DNA from: Tubiluchus corallicola
Taxonomy: Eukaryota > Animalia > Priapulida
NCBI GenBank assembly: GCA_030141605.1
Contig: JAQGDQ010000480.1
Coordinates: 107,586 to 171,585 of the forward strand
Length of the DNA: 64,000 bases
Direction: 5' to 3'
The notes below the pieces were generated by a model. It was not told the DNA's origin, searched no databases, and was given only the letters and a program-made list of their open reading frames with translations. Each line of letters begins with the position of its first letter. Position 1 is the stretch's first letter. A program made the translations under genes and the position numbers. Shown in pieces: positions 61,301 to 64,000 of the stretch.

Positions 61301-63355
61301 TACGAGAATGACCTACGGAACGTTGTCGCTTTTATAATTTCTGCTATCGACAGGAAGCCTCGGTTTTTTCTATCGAGTGCCTACCCGTTTCCATTGATTA
61401 GTTTGTGCCTCTGGAGACAGGGGGAGAGAAATATCAAAAAAGCATCAATCGCGCGCATTTTGATAATGTGCTGGGAAAATTCATTGAGTAGAAAACGTAA
61501 ATTCTAGAGAATTCTATGTTTTTGCTGCGTGGTACGTACCAGTTAGGCTTTTTTGTGTAGCTAAAACAGTTTTAGTGTAGATATGTGTAAAGTGAACATG
61601 TGTCATGCGCGAAATACCAATCTGCCATACTACCTAGCCTTCCAATCTGTCAAATTTTTATTGACGCTTCCATGGCTTTCACCATCTGATAGAGAAATGT
61701 CAGTGTCAATGAAAAGCAGTGTCAGTTAGTAAGATTGCTGTTCTCTGGAATCAGTTTAGCGTTGCCAGTAAAACTAAAATATTCTGAATGGGCAGACAGG
61801 GAGTAGGCTACCAACCAGTAACTTTAATTATTGAATTTTTGTTATCGTGGCGTAGCTAGGTCTGCCATCTAGCAGCAGCTCATTGTAACAGAAGTAATAA
61901 TAAATTATTATTATTACTGTTTTTAATATTATTATTAATATTATCATCTATTATTATTATTATTTCCTTGTATAAACTAATTTAATTTTTTTTGTTTATT
62001 AGTAAAAGTAAAAGACCATCAAAATTACAAAAAATTTAATTCATAAGATATGTAAGAGCTTAACATAAGATACATAAGACATTAACATTGAATATGACAA
62101 AGAAGGAAAACCATAAAAACAGAAAACTTGGCAAAATAATAAAAGCAATGACAAAATAAATTACAATGGGACATCATGACTTGTAGAAACCTCCCACTAT
62201 TCCTCTTTTTCTCTAGAATTCATCCACACTCGTACGATTAAAAGCATCTCACCTGTTTGAGTGAGCTTTGTGAACTCTGTAAGATTTTGCTTATTGTCAT
62301 TGATTTTGCTAACCTTAATGCTGGAGTTAGCAAATTGAGTATTGATTGCTGCATCTTTGTATAGTTTGGTGTTGTGACTCTAGTCCCTTCTTCTTGGTAT
62401 GAAAAATTAAACAATTATCTGTTTGTTCAACACTGTGTAAAATAACACACAGTGAAGATGGTAACTTTGTGCAAAAATATGATATCTTTTAAGTTTTCTA
62501 AAATTAGCTTTTGAGAGTTTTTTGGATCCGAAAATTCTGTCCTTTCTGGTGTATGTTCTGTTTTTCAGAATTCATTTCAAAAGCAATGCATACTGTTGTC
62601 TTGGGTGCATTTTCCAAAAGCACTTGAATTGCTTATTCAGGCCACTAATTTGTTGTAAACAACATTAATACTGAGTTTTTGCATTTGGGGTTTGAAAGTT
62701 GTTTTAAATATTTCTTGCATAGTTTAATTTAATTTGTCTTGTCATTTCTAATTTTTTAATACATATCTCAGCATCAGTTTTGCATGTTAGTAGTATAATA
62801 CCATTAATTTAGTAGTATAATACCATTATTAATGGCAAATGCAACAGAAAATGTGGGAATTAAATACGTACATGTAATGTGGTTTTTGTGAATTCATGAA
62901 TTAGTGAATTAAAACATATATGTGGTTTTCAGATTCACACGTCTCTTGTCAATGGAAGACCAGGAGTCAAAGGGCCAAGTAATAAACTAATTGTAAGTTT
63001 ATCTGATCTGATCTTAGTAATACTGGCTTTTTATGTGAAAATTTGGCTTTTCTGCTATAACTGTTGAGTGCTGCCTATCATTGTTTAGCACTTTTAGCAC
63101 TTAAGATTTAAGTTTATACCAGTTTAGTCAAATTTGACTAAGAAGAATTTCTAAATTCTGAGTTTTTGCTATAACGGGTTCTCATTACCATGCTAACAGC
63201 TTTTTTTTCTTCTATGCTAATTCCATGTGTTTTTTCTCCAGGAATTCACGTCAGCTAGATATGTTCGTTTGCGGTTGCAAAGAATCAGAACCTTGTTAGG
63301 AGATTTGATGTCAGTTTATGGCCAGAATGAAGTTGACGGAATTGTCTCTCGTCGG
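38531..63355 (+). CDS. LAMA1/2: Laminin subunit alpha-1/2-like (wing blister type): signal peptide plus laminin N-terminal (LN) domain; continues beyond the window
   Basis: join(38531..38624,53095..53227,53861..54020,59048..59192,60024..60121,62933..62992,63242..63355,...); signal peptide, GLFP.VFNLA, TCG..YCKLVEHV, AIDG..RWWQSP, ISPRPGNWILERS, VICTS, NGRPG, FTSARYVRLRLQRIRTL; phases consistent. Confidence 0.93.
38841..38911 (+). repeat. Tandem duplication of about 36 bp
   Basis: taaactgatagtattttt(t)atgaaattcgatattca twice. Confidence 0.9.
40225..40460 (+). mobile_element. LINE relic with C-terminal zinc knuckle (R1/I-group-like)
   Basis: ITGH ... ESLLCECGTDVQTPDHLLY resembles the C.CG...QT..H.L..C motif ending such ORF2 proteins. 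Confidence 0.5.
43305..43421 (+). repeat. Imperfect (CT)n/(CCCT)n microsatellite
   Basis: Direct reading. Confidence 0.95.
44710..44880 (+). repeat. Left arm of 171-bp inverted repeat (partner 48180..48350)
   Basis: Base-by-base comparison: 170 of 171 positions complementary. Confidence 0.97.
48180..48350 (-). repeat. Right arm of 171-bp inverted repeat (partner 44710..44880)
   Basis: Reverse complement of the left arm with one difference (G44715 opposite T48345). Confidence 0.97.
51100..51270 (+). repeat. Degenerate (GAT/GAC)n trinucleotide low-complexity tract; similar tract at 49825..49867
   Basis: Direct reading. Confidence 0.85.
51783..52591 (+). mobile_element. PIF/Harbinger non-autonomous element carrying a MADF/Myb-like exon
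   Basis: About 38-bp TIR GGCCGCG(T/C)TTCCACTGCG(C/T)CCGCACAGACACAGACTTTT; TTA target-site duplication (51780-51782, 52592-52594); internal frame MEDEQAARAFEIRPALYVKSNPKYTHSDFTRQLLAEVAFQLNTE. Confidence 0.88.
53095..53227 (+). CDS. LAMA1/2: Laminin alpha exon 2
   Basis: (E)KGLFPIVFNLAANAKIEVNSTCGE...YCKLVEHV. Confidence 0.95.
53861..54020 (+). CDS. LAMA1/2: Laminin alpha exon 3
   Basis: QPQCSICD...AIDGSHRWWQSPSL...ITLDLGQ. Confidence 0.95.
54931..55329. mobile_element. hAT MITE
   Basis: TIR CAGAGCCTGATTAT / CAGGGCTGGATTAT (reverse complement); perfect 8-bp TSD CATATTAC at 54923-54930 and 55330-55337. Confidence 0.88.
56860..57180 (-). mobile_element. Possible highly decayed RTE LINE 3' relic
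   Basis: Minus-strand peptides VAKRILE and HRLWR..EA resemble the RTE ORF2 C-terminus. Confidence 0.35.
59048..59192 (+). CDS. LAMA1/2: Laminin alpha exon 4
   Basis: VFQVAYIIIKAAISPRPGNWILERSVDG...WQYYA. Confidence 0.95.
60024..60121 (+). CDS. LAMA1/2: Laminin alpha exon 5
   Basis: LQPTVGLPRYRSDDEVICTSRYSHLEPLEKGE. Confidence 0.94.
60127..60240 (+). repeat. Imperfect (CT)n tract directly after the laminin exon 5 donor
   Basis: Direct reading. Confidence 0.93.
60877..61225. mobile_element. hAT-like MITE with TTCGAA subterminal repeats
   Basis: Termini TAGGGGTGAGCAT / TAGAGGTAGACAT (reverse complement); imperfect 8-bp TSD TAAATTAC / TTAATCAC; many TTCGAA motifs. Confidence 0.7.
62933..62992 (+). 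CDS. LAMA1/2: Laminin alpha exon 6
   Basis: IHTSLVNGRPGVKGPSNKLI, 60 nt, donor GTAAGT. Confidence 0.93.
63242..63355 (+). CDS. LAMA1/2: Laminin alpha exon 7
   Basis: EFTSARYVRLRLQRIRTLLGDLM...VSRR, donor GTGAGT. Confidence 0.95.
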
Positions 63356-64000
63356 GTGAGTTATTCTTCTAATAACTGTTATCTGCTCACTCTTTCTGTG
63401 ACTAAGCTTTCAGTTAGAGTAGCAAAATTTTAAAGATAATATGTTTCCTCATACAATCTTGAACCACTTTGACTTTTTCATTATGACATCAGTTTACTTG
63501 GACTTATACTACTTTGATATTAAAGAGGGAGTTCTTCACTGTTATCTTTAAGTGTGTATTTATAATTCTTTATCAGAAAACCCTTAATGTTGAGAAATAT
63601 AGCTCATTCAATATGCAGTGTTCTGTTTCAAAATGACTGTGTCAGTTCTAAGGTTACATTTTCATTTCTCACACTAGTAAAATGTTTTTTTTTCGATGAA
63701 ATCTCTTAATTCCACGCACTCCTTTTCCCTAAGCATAGTACACAAGGATGAGAAAATTTTCTGGGTTGGTGGCTGGGTGATTTAGACTACAGATTGCATA
63801 TAGGCTTATTGGTTGCAGTTTTGGGCTCAAGACCAGTGCCAGCCAATATCGGGGCATATACTCTACACATATATTTGTTAGTTGTGTGTTGTGTCCTTGT
63901 GTATTGCCGTAACTGTCAATCACTAAATAGTCATTAGTGTTATTGTCCTGGAACCGTTAAATAAGTGATGGTATACAAATATTGTCTTTGTCTTCCTAGT

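Overview
AT-rich, intron-containing animal (invertebrate-like) genomic DNA; not prokaryotic. Five protein-coding genes were reconstructed by hand from GT-AG boundaries and reading-frame phase: (1) 3' end of a PFTAIRE-type cyclin-dependent kinase (CDK14/15-like, +, <1..495, intronless over the visible part); (2) KTI12 (+, single coding exon 5090..5911); (3) BCCIP (-, 7 exons, 13509..7742, 304 aa); (4) cytosolic carboxypeptidase AGBL5/CCP5 (+, 13 core exons, 19981..35273, about 968 aa); (5) the 5' part of a laminin alpha-1/2-type chain (+, 7 exons visible from 38531, running off the window). Introns and intergenic DNA hold a 5'-truncated CR1-group LINE, RTE/CR1/R1-like LINE relics, hAT, Tigger and Harbinger MITEs, 5S-derived SINE-like fragments and micro/minisatellites. 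Best leads: a Harbinger derivative whose MADF-like exon is phase-compatible with laminin exon 2 (possible TE-derived alternative first exon); a near-perfect 171-bp inverted repeat pair 3.3 kb apart in laminin intron 1; a candidate 9-nt microexon in AGBL5; two degenerate Penelope-type hammerhead motifs. These are hypotheses from sequence alone; no new multi-gene system is demonstrated.
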